A DNA stretch of 64,000 nucleotides, from assembly GCA_023957235.1 (NCBI GenBank), contig JAMLHI010000006.1, positions 77,525 to 141,524 on the forward strand, in the 5' to 3' direction. Source of the stretch: Chitinophagales bacterium (lineage in GTDB: Bacteria; Bacteroidota; Bacteroidia; Chitinophagales; JADIYW01). The notes beneath the pieces are model-generated. The model ran no database searches and had not been told where the DNA came from. It was given only the letters and a program-made list of their open reading frames with translations. Both the position numbers and the translations under genes were made by a program. Positions 9,484 through 18,657 of the stretch are shown piece after piece (the first letter of the stretch is position 1; each line of letters starts with the position of its first letter).

Positions 9484-9513
9484 AAATTGATTGTTTCATA
9501 TTGTTTTGATTTT

Positions 9514-9548
9514 GAAAGGTTGTCCTATAAGGCAACCTTTCTGATTTG
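9514..9548 (+). terminator. Possible terminator of the fibre operon
   Basis: Stem aaaggttg / caaccttt (9515-9522 / 9533-9540) with a ~10-nt loop. The downstream T-tract is weak (ctgatttg). Confidence 0.4.
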
Positions 9549-9587
9549 TCTATAGAAGTTCTAAATAAATATTGATTAATAAGTGAG

Positions 9588-9634
9588 TACCTTATTTATG
9601 GTATTGTGGTAAAATAGCTACTTCTTTAACTTTA
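9588..9634 (+). promoter_or_regulatory. Candidate promoter with the same dyad/-33/-7 cassette as 5664-5710, upstream of the beta-barrel/giant operon
   Basis: TACCTTATTTATGGTATTGTG (9588-9608), then 19 nt, then TAACTTTA (9627-9634). 20/21 identity to the first block, with identical spacing. Confidence 0.4.
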
Positions 9635-9692
9635 TATAAATTAAGAATATTTAAGTGAAGTATGGATTTGCTACACATTTAAAGACTCGCTC

Positions 9693-11402
9693 ATGAAAGT
9701 AGATAAAGCATATTTAGTCATTTTTCTTTTATTGTTTAAAAGCTTGTCAGCTCAAGATTTTACTGATATTAAAGAAAAGAAGCCTTTCGAAATATCTGGG
9801 AGTGTAGGTGCTGGTACTAATTTCTATACGTCTAATGAGGTCTATAAAACAAGAGATCCTTTTAATTGGAGTCTTTATGGCAATGTGAATATGAAAATCT
9901 ACGGTTTTGAACTTCCTTTCTCTTTCAATGTAGCGCAATTTAGCACTAGCTATACTACTCCTTTTGCACAGTTAGGCGTCAGTCCTACTTATAAATGGAT
10001 AAAAGTTCATGTAGGATATAGAAGTATGTCAATGAACCCATTGGTTTTTGATGGTCAGACTTTTCTCGGTGCTGGTGTAGAACTTAGTCCAGGCAAATTT
10101 AGGATAGGTGGTTTTTATGGAAGATTAAATAAAGCCATTAGTGAAGATACTACTGCTGATAGAAGAGTAGAGCCTCAATATTCTAGGCTTGGTTATGGAA
10201 TCAAAGCTGGTTATGAGGGCAAAAATGGGTCATTCGGTTTGCAACTATTTCATGCCAAAGACAATAAGGAATCTGTTAAAACAATATTGGACACATTAAA
10301 TACAATTTTTCCACAAGAAAATACAGTAATAGGAAGCATTTGGTCGGTAACGATTGCTAAGGTATTGTCTTTTACTGGAAATATAGGTATGAGTATGTTG
10401 AATAGAAATTCATTTTATCCCGAAACAGACGCTTCGACAGGTCTTGAAATGCCCAAATTTGTTAATAAAATCAATAAGTCTAATGTGACTTCTGCTTTTA
10501 GCTTTGCAGGAAAGGCAGGCATAAATTTAAGCCTAAAACCAATCAAATTAGCAGTTAACTACCAAAGAATACAACCTGATTATATTTCTTTAGGTATGCC
10601 ATATACAGTCAATGATGTAGAAGCTTATAATGCATCTGCAAGTACAACGCTCTTTAAAGGAAAATTAAATTTGAATGGTGCATTTAGTAATCAACATAAT
10701 AATTTAAGTAAATCGCTGATTTCTGAAATTCATTCAAGAGTTGGAAATGTAACTGTTTTTGCCAATTTAGGTCAGCATTTTAATATATCTAGCAATGGAA
10801 ATATTGCAAGAGTTTTTCAAAAGAATGGTATTGTAGAATTGAGTGATAGCGTAAAAATGGATCAGACGATGATTTCATTTATGGTTTCTCCCAACCTGAT
10901 ATTTAATTCAGAAAAAATCAATCATACCATCAATACTTCATTTACTTATACAAATCTTAACGACCATAATCCTGTCACTTCTGCACAAGTTCAAGGAAAT
11001 AATATGAATGTTTCTACCAACTATTCTTTACAATTCACTAAAGCGTTTACTGGTGTCAACACTGGCGTAAATTACAGCATATATGGACAAAAAGATTTAA
11101 GATATCAATCTACTGGTATTAATATAGGAGCAAATACTCAATTACTAAAGCAACATCAATTGGGCCTTCAAGGAAGTGTTGGTTATTTTTTCAATCAGTC
11201 TAATGGAGAAAAAGTGGGCAACAATATCAGTTTTACCTTCAATGCTAATATGAGTGCTAAGAAACATAGTTTTGGCCTATTTAGTAGTTATTTGATTACG
11301 CCACCTATTGACCTCAATCCTTTGAATAAATTAGAAATTGTTCCCTATTCTGTGAATACAAAAAATTTTTCAGCTGGTGTGAATTATACTTATCAATTTT
11401 AA
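9693..11402 (+). CDS. Predicted outer-membrane beta-barrel protein, family not recognised
   Basis: Signal peptide (LLLFKSLSAQ). Alternating hydrophobic/polar strand texture with many G/Y/N/S turns. The C-terminus ...GVNYTYQF carries the terminal-Phe OMP signature. Confidence 0.6.
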   Translation: MKVDKAYLVIFLLLFKSLSAQDFTDIKEKKPFEISGSVGAGTNFYTSNEVYKTRDPFNWSLYGNVNMKIYGFELPFSFNVAQFSTSYTTPFAQLGVSPTYKWIKVHVGYRSMSMNPLVFDGQTFLGAGVELSPGKFRIGGFYGRLNKAISEDTTADRRVEPQYSRLGYGIKAGYEGKNGSFGLQLFHAKDNKESVKTILDTLNTIFPQENTVIGSIWSVTIAKVLSFTGNIGMSMLNRNSFYPETDASTGLEMPKFVNKINKSNVTSAFSFAGKAGINLSLKPIKLAVNYQRIQPDYISLGMPYTVNDVEAYNASASTTLFKGKLNLNGAFSNQHNNLSKSLISEIHSRVGNVTVFANLGQHFNISSNGNIARVFQKNGIVELSDSVKMDQTMISFMVSPNLIFNSEKINHTINTSFTYTNLNDHNPVTSAQVQGNNMNVSTNYSLQFTKAFTGVNTGVNYSIYGQKDLRYQSTGINIGANTQLLKQHQLGLQGSVGYFFNQSNGEKVGNNISFTFNANMSAKKHSFGLFSSYLITPPIDLNPLNKLEIVPYSVNTKNFSAGVNYTYQF

Positions 11403-11411
11403 AATTTATTG

Positions 11412-14400
11412 ATGATGAAAAATACAGTTCAAATATTCAACGATATAAAGATAGCAGCTATTAGCTTTTTCTTATCCCTGCTTTTTACAACATATGCTTT
11501 TGGTCAACAGAATGTCAATGTCAATGTGATTGTCATGCAACCAATGTCACCCTACTTGCCTCAACTAGTCAATGAGATACAATATGGACAGTTGGGAACA
11601 GATGGCTCCACATTAAAAGATAAAATTATTATCAATTTGCACAATCTTTCTCAAGAACAGAAACAAATCAAATTGAGTGCAAAGTTAGAGCGTTTAAGTC
11701 CGACTTATGGGTCTATTTATCTTAATCCCAATTATCAACCTTCTCAACCTATCTTGATGGCACCTAATCAAATGATGCGTGTCGATAGAGCAATGGTAGA
11801 TGCTGCATTTGGTGGATTTTCCAAGAGAGAATTGATTTTTGACAATATGGATTATTCGTCCATGAAACAAAATGCTTTAAACTATAAACTACCTGAAGGG
11901 ATGTATAGACTTTGTGTGACAGCTTATGATTTTAATGATATAGGTCAGACGATTCCTTTGGGAAGTGGTTGTGCTACTTTTAATATATGTTATAGTGCTT
12001 CCGCTCCACAATTTACTATGCCGTTTTCTTCTATTATGCTGCAAGGTAGAGAGTTTGGCGTATTAACACCTATGACTAATCAAATTCAATTTGCCTGGAT
12101 CGCTCCTAGTACTACTTGTGGGTTTCCTCTTGGATTCATTACTTATGACTTTGAAATTAGAGAAATATATTCAGGGCAAAGTATCAACGATGCAAGGAAT
12201 AATGTTTATGTGTTTAGAAAAAATAATATTCCAACCAATCTATTTATTTTAGATACCCTTTTATACAGAAATGTATTAATGTCTGGTAAAAGTTATATAG
12301 CCAAAGTAAAGGCTAATACTCAGTACAATCCCAACAACCCTCTTGAAATACAAAATCAAGGTTATAGCGAGATTATAGCTTTCAAATATCAACCCAATAA
12401 TAATAGTAATCCACCAATAATTAGTGGAGGAACAGTACCAACAGTTCCAATAAATGCTCAAACGCCTATTACCCAACATTTACCTACAACACCGCCAATT
12501 ACAGGACTTCCAGGTGTCAATATCCCATCAAGCCCCACTCCATTTGCTATTGCCGATTCTGAACCAGCAACTATTTCTACTCCTCCAGGAGTTGTGCTTA
12601 CACCTACGTCTGGTTCTATACCAGATATGCCTATTAATTGTGGGCTACCTACTATTGATAATACAATATCTTTCTCTGGTGTACTCAATAATGGAGATAT
12701 TGTGAAAGTAGGTGAGTTTGATGTGAAAATTCTCAGTGCTACTAAAGATGGTAGCATATATAAAGGTACAGGAGAAATAATTTGGTCGCCATATTCTCGA
12801 CCTATTATGATGAATGTCAAATTTGATGACATAGAAATTAATAGTGATAAAAAAGTTATTTCAGGAAAAGTTATAACAACGAGTGCTATAGAAGATATCA
12901 ATATGATCAATGTTAGTGTTCCTGAATTTTTAAATCAAGTAGGTAACTTAAAAGATAAAGCGGATAATATTGTCAATAAGGCCAACAGTGCTTTAAAACC
13001 ATTGAATCAACTTACAGGAAATAGCCCTGTGGATTTCCCTTTAGGACTTAATAATGTCAACATTGCCGGAACTAAATCTACTCTTGCTATCATGGGGATA
13101 GTCTTTACTCCCAAAGGTGCAGATGCTAGGATGTTGTTTACTATGAAAATCCCTGGTGCTGGTGCTGGAAATGAATGGCTTTCATTGGCTGGAGCTGGAT
13201 TTTGTATTCACCCAGATGCATTTTCTGTGGCGGATGGTATATTGTATTTACCTAACGACAGAAGTATTGATATGGGTGGAGGTGTAGCCTTTAAACTAAG
13301 AGGTGGCTTTTTGGGAGACTCAAGCAATACTTCCTATGTGAAATGGAATAGCACAGATGGTTTTGAACGGGTATTTATAAAAGCATCTGTTACTTTACCA
13401 AAAGATGTCAAGCCTGTAGATGCTTTAGGCAATGAAACGAGTGGTCAAGTATCTTTGGATACCCGATTTGATTTTAAAGAATGGGAGAAATGGATAGCTC
13501 ATCTCAATACTGATTCAAGATTTTCTATCGAAGGACTTCCAGGATTTGTCATTGACCCAAAAGGAGGAATATTTTATGACCACTCAGTAGAAGCCAACCC
13601 TGCAAACCTCACTTGGCCGACAGATGCTTCTGATGTTAAGTTTGTAGGAAAAGAAGGAAATACTTATAAAGGTTTCTATATGAATGATCTTGAAATGAGT
13701 CTTCCAAAAGATTTTGCAGGAAGTTCCACCTCTACATTACCTACTATCAATATAAAAAATCTTTTTATCAATAGTGATAATGGACTTTGGGCGGATATCT
13801 CAGCTAATAAATTACTTGACTATGGAAAAGGAGATCTTGGAGGCTGGTTATTTAGTATAGATAAAATTGATATTCCTATCAAAAAATGGATACCTCGTGG
13901 TGCTGCTATGTCAGGGGTGGTATCCTTACCTATTAGTGATGACTCTTTATCATACTCATGTGGGCTCAATACTGTAGATGGTCATGTCAATTACAACTTC
14001 AGTGTTTCTACTGTTGGTGATTACATAATACCTATGTGGATTGCAGATGCAACTTTGGGGGCTGGTACTAGTATTCAGATTGTGAAAGAAAATGATGCTA
14101 AACTGAAAGTAGGTGCTGATTTGAATCTGCTACTGAGTATTGATATCAGCAATAAGCCCAAAGTAGTACTCAATGCCGTTGATATTCAAGGAATGCAAAT
14201 CGCCAACTACAACATGAAGGAAAGTAATATCGCTAAGCAAAAAATTGGTGAATTTTATTTCTTCTCAGGTGATATCAAGTTTGCTACTTTGGCTCGAAGT
14301 AGTGGAAAAGATAATGGTACTGGAATGCAGTTTTTTGAAGAAGAAAATGATGGTTTCTTATTCGCGCATGGACCTTATCCTACTCCTGACGGCGGAAGTA

Positions 14401-17400
14401 CATCAGGTGGCTCTTCATCCCAGGACAATACGGTATGTGGATTTGGTTTTGAACCCAAAAGTTTCAGCTCTAAAGTATCTACTAAAGATGGACATTTTGC
14501 AGTCGGTCTTGAGCTTGGTGTAGGTTTGAGATTAGGTACTGAGGCCATTCAGCTCAACGGAGAAACTGTATTTACTGTATGGGGAGTGATGGGAGGAACA
14601 ACTATGAAGCCCACAGCTAAAGGAAGTTATCCATTTGTAGAACTTAATAAGGTGTCTATCGATGGCAATTTTGGTGAAGCCATTAGAGCAAAAGCTACTT
14701 TGGAGTTTAAAAATGACGATGAATGGGGACAAGGTGTCATTGGAGAGGGAGATGTAATCTTCCCAATGGGAATAGAAATATCTGCCACAGTTGTCTTTGG
14801 TTCTAAATCCGATTATAAATATTTTGGTTTTGGAGCTTCTCTCTATATGCAATCAGGCTTGTTTCCAATAGGTCCTTTGGTAGTCAATGGATTTGGAGGA
14901 GGATACTATCACAATTTAGATATCATCACTGGAGATACCAGCAACTGGAATAGACCTTTTAGTTTTAAACCAAGGAAAGGAACAATGGCTTTTAATGTGA
15001 GCTTAGATCTCACTTATATTCGAGCTGAAATGGTTAAAGCCAATGCCGGATTTACTTTACAACTCAATAGCAGTGGTGGGTTTGATAAAATAATGATCAA
15101 TGGATGGGCAAATATTATATCTGATGGTAAGCAAAAAAGTAAAGGTATCGTCAATGCAGAACTCAAACTAGAGTTTGCACAAAACAACTTTGATATGTAT
15201 GTAGGTACTAATATCAAGATGTTCGTTTCTGAAGCTGATATTCCTATATGGGTGCACGTAGGAAAAGATAAAGAGGATTATCAATATTGGTTGTATCTAG
15301 GATATCCTGCAAGAGAAGGAAGTACAGAAGAAGCTATGGGAGAAGCATATCGTCGTATTGCAGTTACTTTTATCAATATCAATACTGGTATTTTAAAAGT
15401 ATATCTTGGTGCTCAAGCATATTTCTGTGCAGGAACAAAACTACCCCAATTTCCACCTTTACCCAACGAAGTCAATGAGTTTTTAGGAGACAAATCTTCT
15501 AGTATGAGCAAAATGCTTTCAGATATAGGAGGAGGTCAATCAGGGTTTGTGTTTGGTGCTTCTGTAGATGGGAATATCAGATTGCAAATGGGTATCTTTT
15601 ATGCAAAAGCTACTGCAAAAATAGGATTTGATGTTGCATTTAGGTACTTCACAAAATCACCTTGTGGAGGTGCAACTGATATGAATGAACGAGCTAACTA
15701 TCCTACTGATTTTGGCATGAATGGCTGGTATGCCAATGGACAGATGTATCTCTTTTTCAGTATGGATGTCGGCTTTATATTGGACTTGTGGTTTTGGTCT
15801 GGAGAAGTGAGTTTAGTCAAGTTAGCGATAGGAGCTGCTTTAGAAGCAGGGCTTCCTAATCCGACATGGATGGATGGTCGTATAAAGATTGAGGGAGAAG
15901 TATTAGGAGGCTTGATTAGAGTAAATACAAGTGCAAGATTTAGCATAGGTACCAAATGTTCAGCAGGAGGAGATCCTTTAGCCAATATCGAAATGATTTC
16001 AGAGTTTGGACCAGCTGAAAATGATGTCAGCATATTTGCTAATCCTTATGCTACTTATAGTATTCCTATGTCCAACAAGCAACCAGATAACCCAATTGAG
16101 GTAGAGTTTCAAGTTCCTAAAACAGTCAATGGCAAAGAGGTTTTAGATGACAATGATATGCCTGTAATAGTGACTAGAGTCTATAAGTTTATTGTAGATG
16201 ATGCTAAATTATTGAAATATTCTTCCAATGATAAAAAATCAACATCTACAAAAGTTGGTGGTATAGAAATTCAATATAGCGACAATGGATATGCATCTTC
16301 TTTTATCAACAAAGGACTCAATGCTCTTGAAGAAAAGACTTTATATGGCGCTTATATAAGAGGGAGGGCTTTTGAGAAAATTGGAAGTAAATGGGTGAAT
16401 CCAAAAGAACATCCTCAAGGGTTTACACAAGATTCTATCATATATTTTGCAACTGGAAATGCGCCAAGAGTGATTGATGATTATGCGGTAGTCAATAGCT
16501 ACCCAATGAAAGGACAGAATTTCTTCTTGAAAAATGAATTTAATCGAAAAGGCAAAATTTTATTATATCAATACACAGATTCCTATTTTACATTTGAAGA
16601 TGCTACTGTTCCCGAATTAAAATTGACGTTCGTTGAAAAAAATACAGGCGCTAGAATCAATACTTCATTTAAAGCGGATCCATCCCAGCATATTACATTT
16701 GATATTCCTTCAAGTCTTAAAAATGAAACTATTTATCAAATGTACTTCTCGGTAGAAGATAAAAATTATGCCAAAGGAATGACTGAAAAAATAAAAATAG
16801 CCGACATAGATTTACGTGAAAAAAGTGGTCGAATAAATTTGTCAATGGATAATGTTTTTGAGAATTTTGATGTTAGCAATAGTACTCAGAGTTCACCAAA
16901 CTTAACAGGAACTTCTGGAGGTGTTACAATGCCTAAAGCTGGAATCAACAATGCTTTAATTTTCCCTAAAGATGAGCCTAGTTCACCTCTTGCAATAGAT
17001 ACAAAAGGTATTAAAGCAACAAATCCATATTCTAGTTCTAGTTCAGGCTCTAGCTCCAATAGTTATTCTGTAAGCGATATAAAAGACAATGATTATAAAT
17101 CTATTACTCCAAGTACAATAAAAGATGCAGTTTATATCTATGGCAACTCTGTCGTGTCAGAAGAAGGAGATACTCTAGCATTGATTGGACATACGACTGA
17201 AGTGTTCCAACCTGAGTCTGGAAGAATTATTTATTCAAGTATATTTAAAACTAGTAAGTATAATAGTTTTCAAGAAAAAATGGCAAGTCTTGGAGATAAA
17301 TTGAATGCAGCTGAAAAATCAAGTGATGACTTTTCTGCTTTACTTTATTATGATATAAAGAATGATCCTGATATTGATAAGACTGTTCAAAAAGAGGTGA

Positions 17401-18632
17401 AAGGAAAAAGTATCTATGATGTTGAAATTCCAATATTTAATACTGGCGAATTGTTTGATGAGTTTGAAGTCAAAGGGATGAAAAGAAAAGTAGGTTACGA
17501 TAAATCACATTTATTTGACTATACCATTCCTCCTTTATTGAAAATCAATGCTAATAAATATCAAACAGATTATACACTATATGCCTATGCAAGCCCAAGA
17601 TTATCATCATCTGAACATTATTCAATAGCAATGTACTCTATTGCAAATACACTGGTAGATAGTAATTTTCTAAAGATTTCTTTTTCCAATCCATATATAA
17701 GAGGTTTAAAATTTGACTCACAAACATCTAAAATATTATCCACTACCTATAGCATACCTTCAGATCCTTATCAGATGTCTAATGAGGGTGTTTATTATAC
17801 ATTGCTTAATAATGAAGGGTTGAGCACCATTGCAGGTGGTATAGTAAATAGTGGTATTAGCTTCAATATCATTGACAAATCACCTTCAATTGTAGCGACA
17901 GATTTTTATCTGTTAAAATTAGCTGAAGAAAGCTATGCCAAAGGAAGAGTAGAGCTTAAATCATATTATAATCAAGTGGATTTTTCTACGTGGTCTTATT
18001 TAAGTGATTATAATTATTTGCAATTCAAAGATAGAATTGTAAAGACATATATGAAGAGGTTGGCAACTTATCAAGATGGTTTTATCAATGTCAATATTCA
18101 AGACAATAAAGTAGATTTTGATGATAAGACAAAGTATGCACAAAGTTTTTGGATAGGAAAAGAGGGACACAAACTTATGGAAAGTGTACGTTTGTTGGAT
18201 TATAAAGTCAATAGCAGTTACGACAATGAAATCTATATTTCTTATGGTCATGATGCATTGGGTGATTTAAGACAATACAATTCAGGCAATAATAAAGACC
18301 AATATGGGAACACAAAACTAGGTTTTGATTTTACTAATTATAGTTTATTTCCGACTAATGGCCCGATGATAATGAAGAAGGTAGAAATGATTTCATCATC
18401 AGCCATGAGAGAAAAGAAAAAATTTATTGAAAATACAGGAACAATGTATGGAGCAGGCGTAACCTTTAATCTCCCAGCTGCTACTAATAGTGGAGCGGGT
18501 AGTAGTGATAATAGCACGCCAATACAACCTGATTTAAGTGGAACCAATGTCATTATTACTGCCAATCCTAATGTTATTTATAATCAGCCGCCTCAACCTG
18601 TCCCTTGGCCGCCAATTGTAGGAAGAAAATAA
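11412..18632 (+). CDS. Giant (~2,400 aa) exported protein of unknown family
   Basis: Uninterrupted 7.2-kb frame in AT-rich DNA with a signal peptide (...FTTYAFGQQ). Has Pro/Thr- and Ser-rich linkers. No T9SS CTD or catalytic motif noticed. The track start 11409 is TTG; ATG ATG follow at 11412/11415. Confidence 0.8.
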   Translation: MMKNTVQIFNDIKIAAISFFLSLLFTTYAFGQQNVNVNVIVMQPMSPYLPQLVNEIQYGQLGTDGSTLKDKIIINLHNLSQEQKQIKLSAKLERLSPTYGSIYLNPNYQPSQPILMAPNQMMRVDRAMVDAAFGGFSKRELIFDNMDYSSMKQNALNYKLPEGMYRLCVTAYDFNDIGQTIPLGSGCATFNICYSASAPQFTMPFSSIMLQGREFGVLTPMTNQIQFAWIAPSTTCGFPLGFITYDFEIREIYSGQSINDARNNVYVFRKNNIPTNLFILDTLLYRNVLMSGKSYIAKVKANTQYNPNNPLEIQNQGYSEIIAFKYQPNNNSNPPIISGGTVPTVPINAQTPITQHLPTTPPITGLPGVNIPSSPTPFAIADSEPATISTPPGVVLTPTSGSIPDMPINCGLPTIDNTISFSGVLNNGDIVKVGEFDVKILSATKDGSIYKGTGEIIWSPYSRPIMMNVKFDDIEINSDKKVISGKVITTSAIEDINMINVSVPEFLNQVGNLKDKADNIVNKANSALKPLNQLTGNSPVDFPLGLNNVNIAGTKSTLAIMGIVFTPKGADARMLFTMKIPGAGAGNEWLSLAGAGFCIHPDAFSVADGILYLPNDRSIDMGGGVAFKLRGGFLGDSSNTSYVKWNSTDGFERVFIKASVTLPKDVKPVDALGNETSGQVSLDTRFDFKEWEKWIAHLNTDSRFSIEGLPGFVIDPKGGIFYDHSVEANPANLTWPTDASDVKFVGKEGNTYKGFYMNDLEMSLPKDFAGSSTSTLPTINIKNLFINSDNGLWADISANKLLDYGKGDLGGWLFSIDKIDIPIKKWIPRGAAMSGVVSLPISDDSLSYSCGLNTVDGHVNYNFSVSTVGDYIIPMWIADATLGAGTSIQIVKENDAKLKVGADLNLLLSIDISNKPKVVLNAVDIQGMQIANYNMKESNIAKQKIGEFYFFSGDIKFATLARSSGKDNGTGMQFFEEENDGFLFAHGPYPTPDGGSTSGGSSSQDNTVCGFGFEPKSFSSKVSTKDGHFAVGLELGVGLRLGTEAIQLNGETVFTVWGVMGGTTMKPTAKGSYPFVELNKVSIDGNFGEAIRAKATLEFKNDDEWGQGVIGEGDVIFPMGIEISATVVFGSKSDYKYFGFGASLYMQSGLFPIGPLVVNGFGGGYYHNLDIITGDTSNWNRPFSFKPRKGTMAFNVSLDLTYIRAEMVKANAGFTLQLNSSGGFDKIMINGWANIISDGKQKSKGIVNAELKLEFAQNNFDMYVGTNIKMFVSEADIPIWVHVGKDKEDYQYWLYLGYPAREGSTEEAMGEAYRRIAVTFININTGILKVYLGAQAYFCAGTKLPQFPPLPNEVNEFLGDKSSSMSKMLSDIGGGQSGFVFGASVDGNIRLQMGIFYAKATAKIGFDVAFRYFTKSPCGGATDMNERANYPTDFGMNGWYANGQMYLFFSMDVGFILDLWFWSGEVSLVKLAIGAALEAGLPNPTWMDGRIKIEGEVLGGLIRVNTSARFSIGTKCSAGGDPLANIEMISEFGPAENDVSIFANPYATYSIPMSNKQPDNPIEVEFQVPKTVNGKEVLDDNDMPVIVTRVYKFIVDDAKLLKYSSNDKKSTSTKVGGIEIQYSDNGYASSFINKGLNALEEKTLYGAYIRGRAFEKIGSKWVNPKEHPQGFTQDSIIYFATGNAPRVIDDYAVVNSYPMKGQNFFLKNEFNRKGKILLYQYTDSYFTFEDATVPELKLTFVEKNTGARINTSFKADPSQHITFDIPSSLKNETIYQMYFSVEDKNYAKGMTEKIKIADIDLREKSGRINLSMDNVFENFDVSNSTQSSPNLTGTSGGVTMPKAGINNALIFPKDEPSSPLAIDTKGIKATNPYSSSSSGSSSNSYSVSDIKDNDYKSITPSTIKDAVYIYGNSVVSEEGDTLALIGHTTEVFQPESGRIIYSSIFKTSKYNSFQEKMASLGDKLNAAEKSSDDFSALLYYDIKNDPDIDKTVQKEVKGKSIYDVEIPIFNTGELFDEFEVKGMKRKVGYDKSHLFDYTIPPLLKINANKYQTDYTLYAYASPRLSSSEHYSIAMYSIANTLVDSNFLKISFSNPYIRGLKFDSQTSKILSTTYSIPSDPYQMSNEGVYYTLLNNEGLSTIAGGIVNSGISFNIIDKSPSIVATDFYLLKLAEESYAKGRVELKSYYNQVDFSTWSYLSDYNYLQFKDRIVKTYMKRLATYQDGFINVNIQDNKVDFDDKTKYAQSFWIGKEGHKLMESVRLLDYKVNSSYDNEIYISYGHDALGDLRQYNSGNNKDQYGNTKLGFDFTNYSLFPTNGPMIMKKVEMISSSAMREKKKFIENTGTMYGAGVTFNLPAATNSGAGSSDNSTPIQPDLSGTNVIITANPNVIYNQPPQPVPWPPIVGRK

Positions 18633-18657
18633 TTACTAACTTTAAGACTTTAAGAAT

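Noticed and set aside
12276-18565. Multiple 60-150-aa ORFs on either strand inside the giant gene (for example 12458-12910, 14532-14852, 15698-16033)
   Set aside because: All are nested in the 7.2-kb uninterrupted frame. None has a motif, a signal sequence or a plausible start context.
11412-18632. Identification of the giant protein as the T9SS translocon SprA/Sov (similar length)
   Set aside because: Only the size matches. I cannot recall or see any sequence signature supporting it, and the flanking genes are not T9SS core components. It is left as something to exclude by profile search, not as a call.
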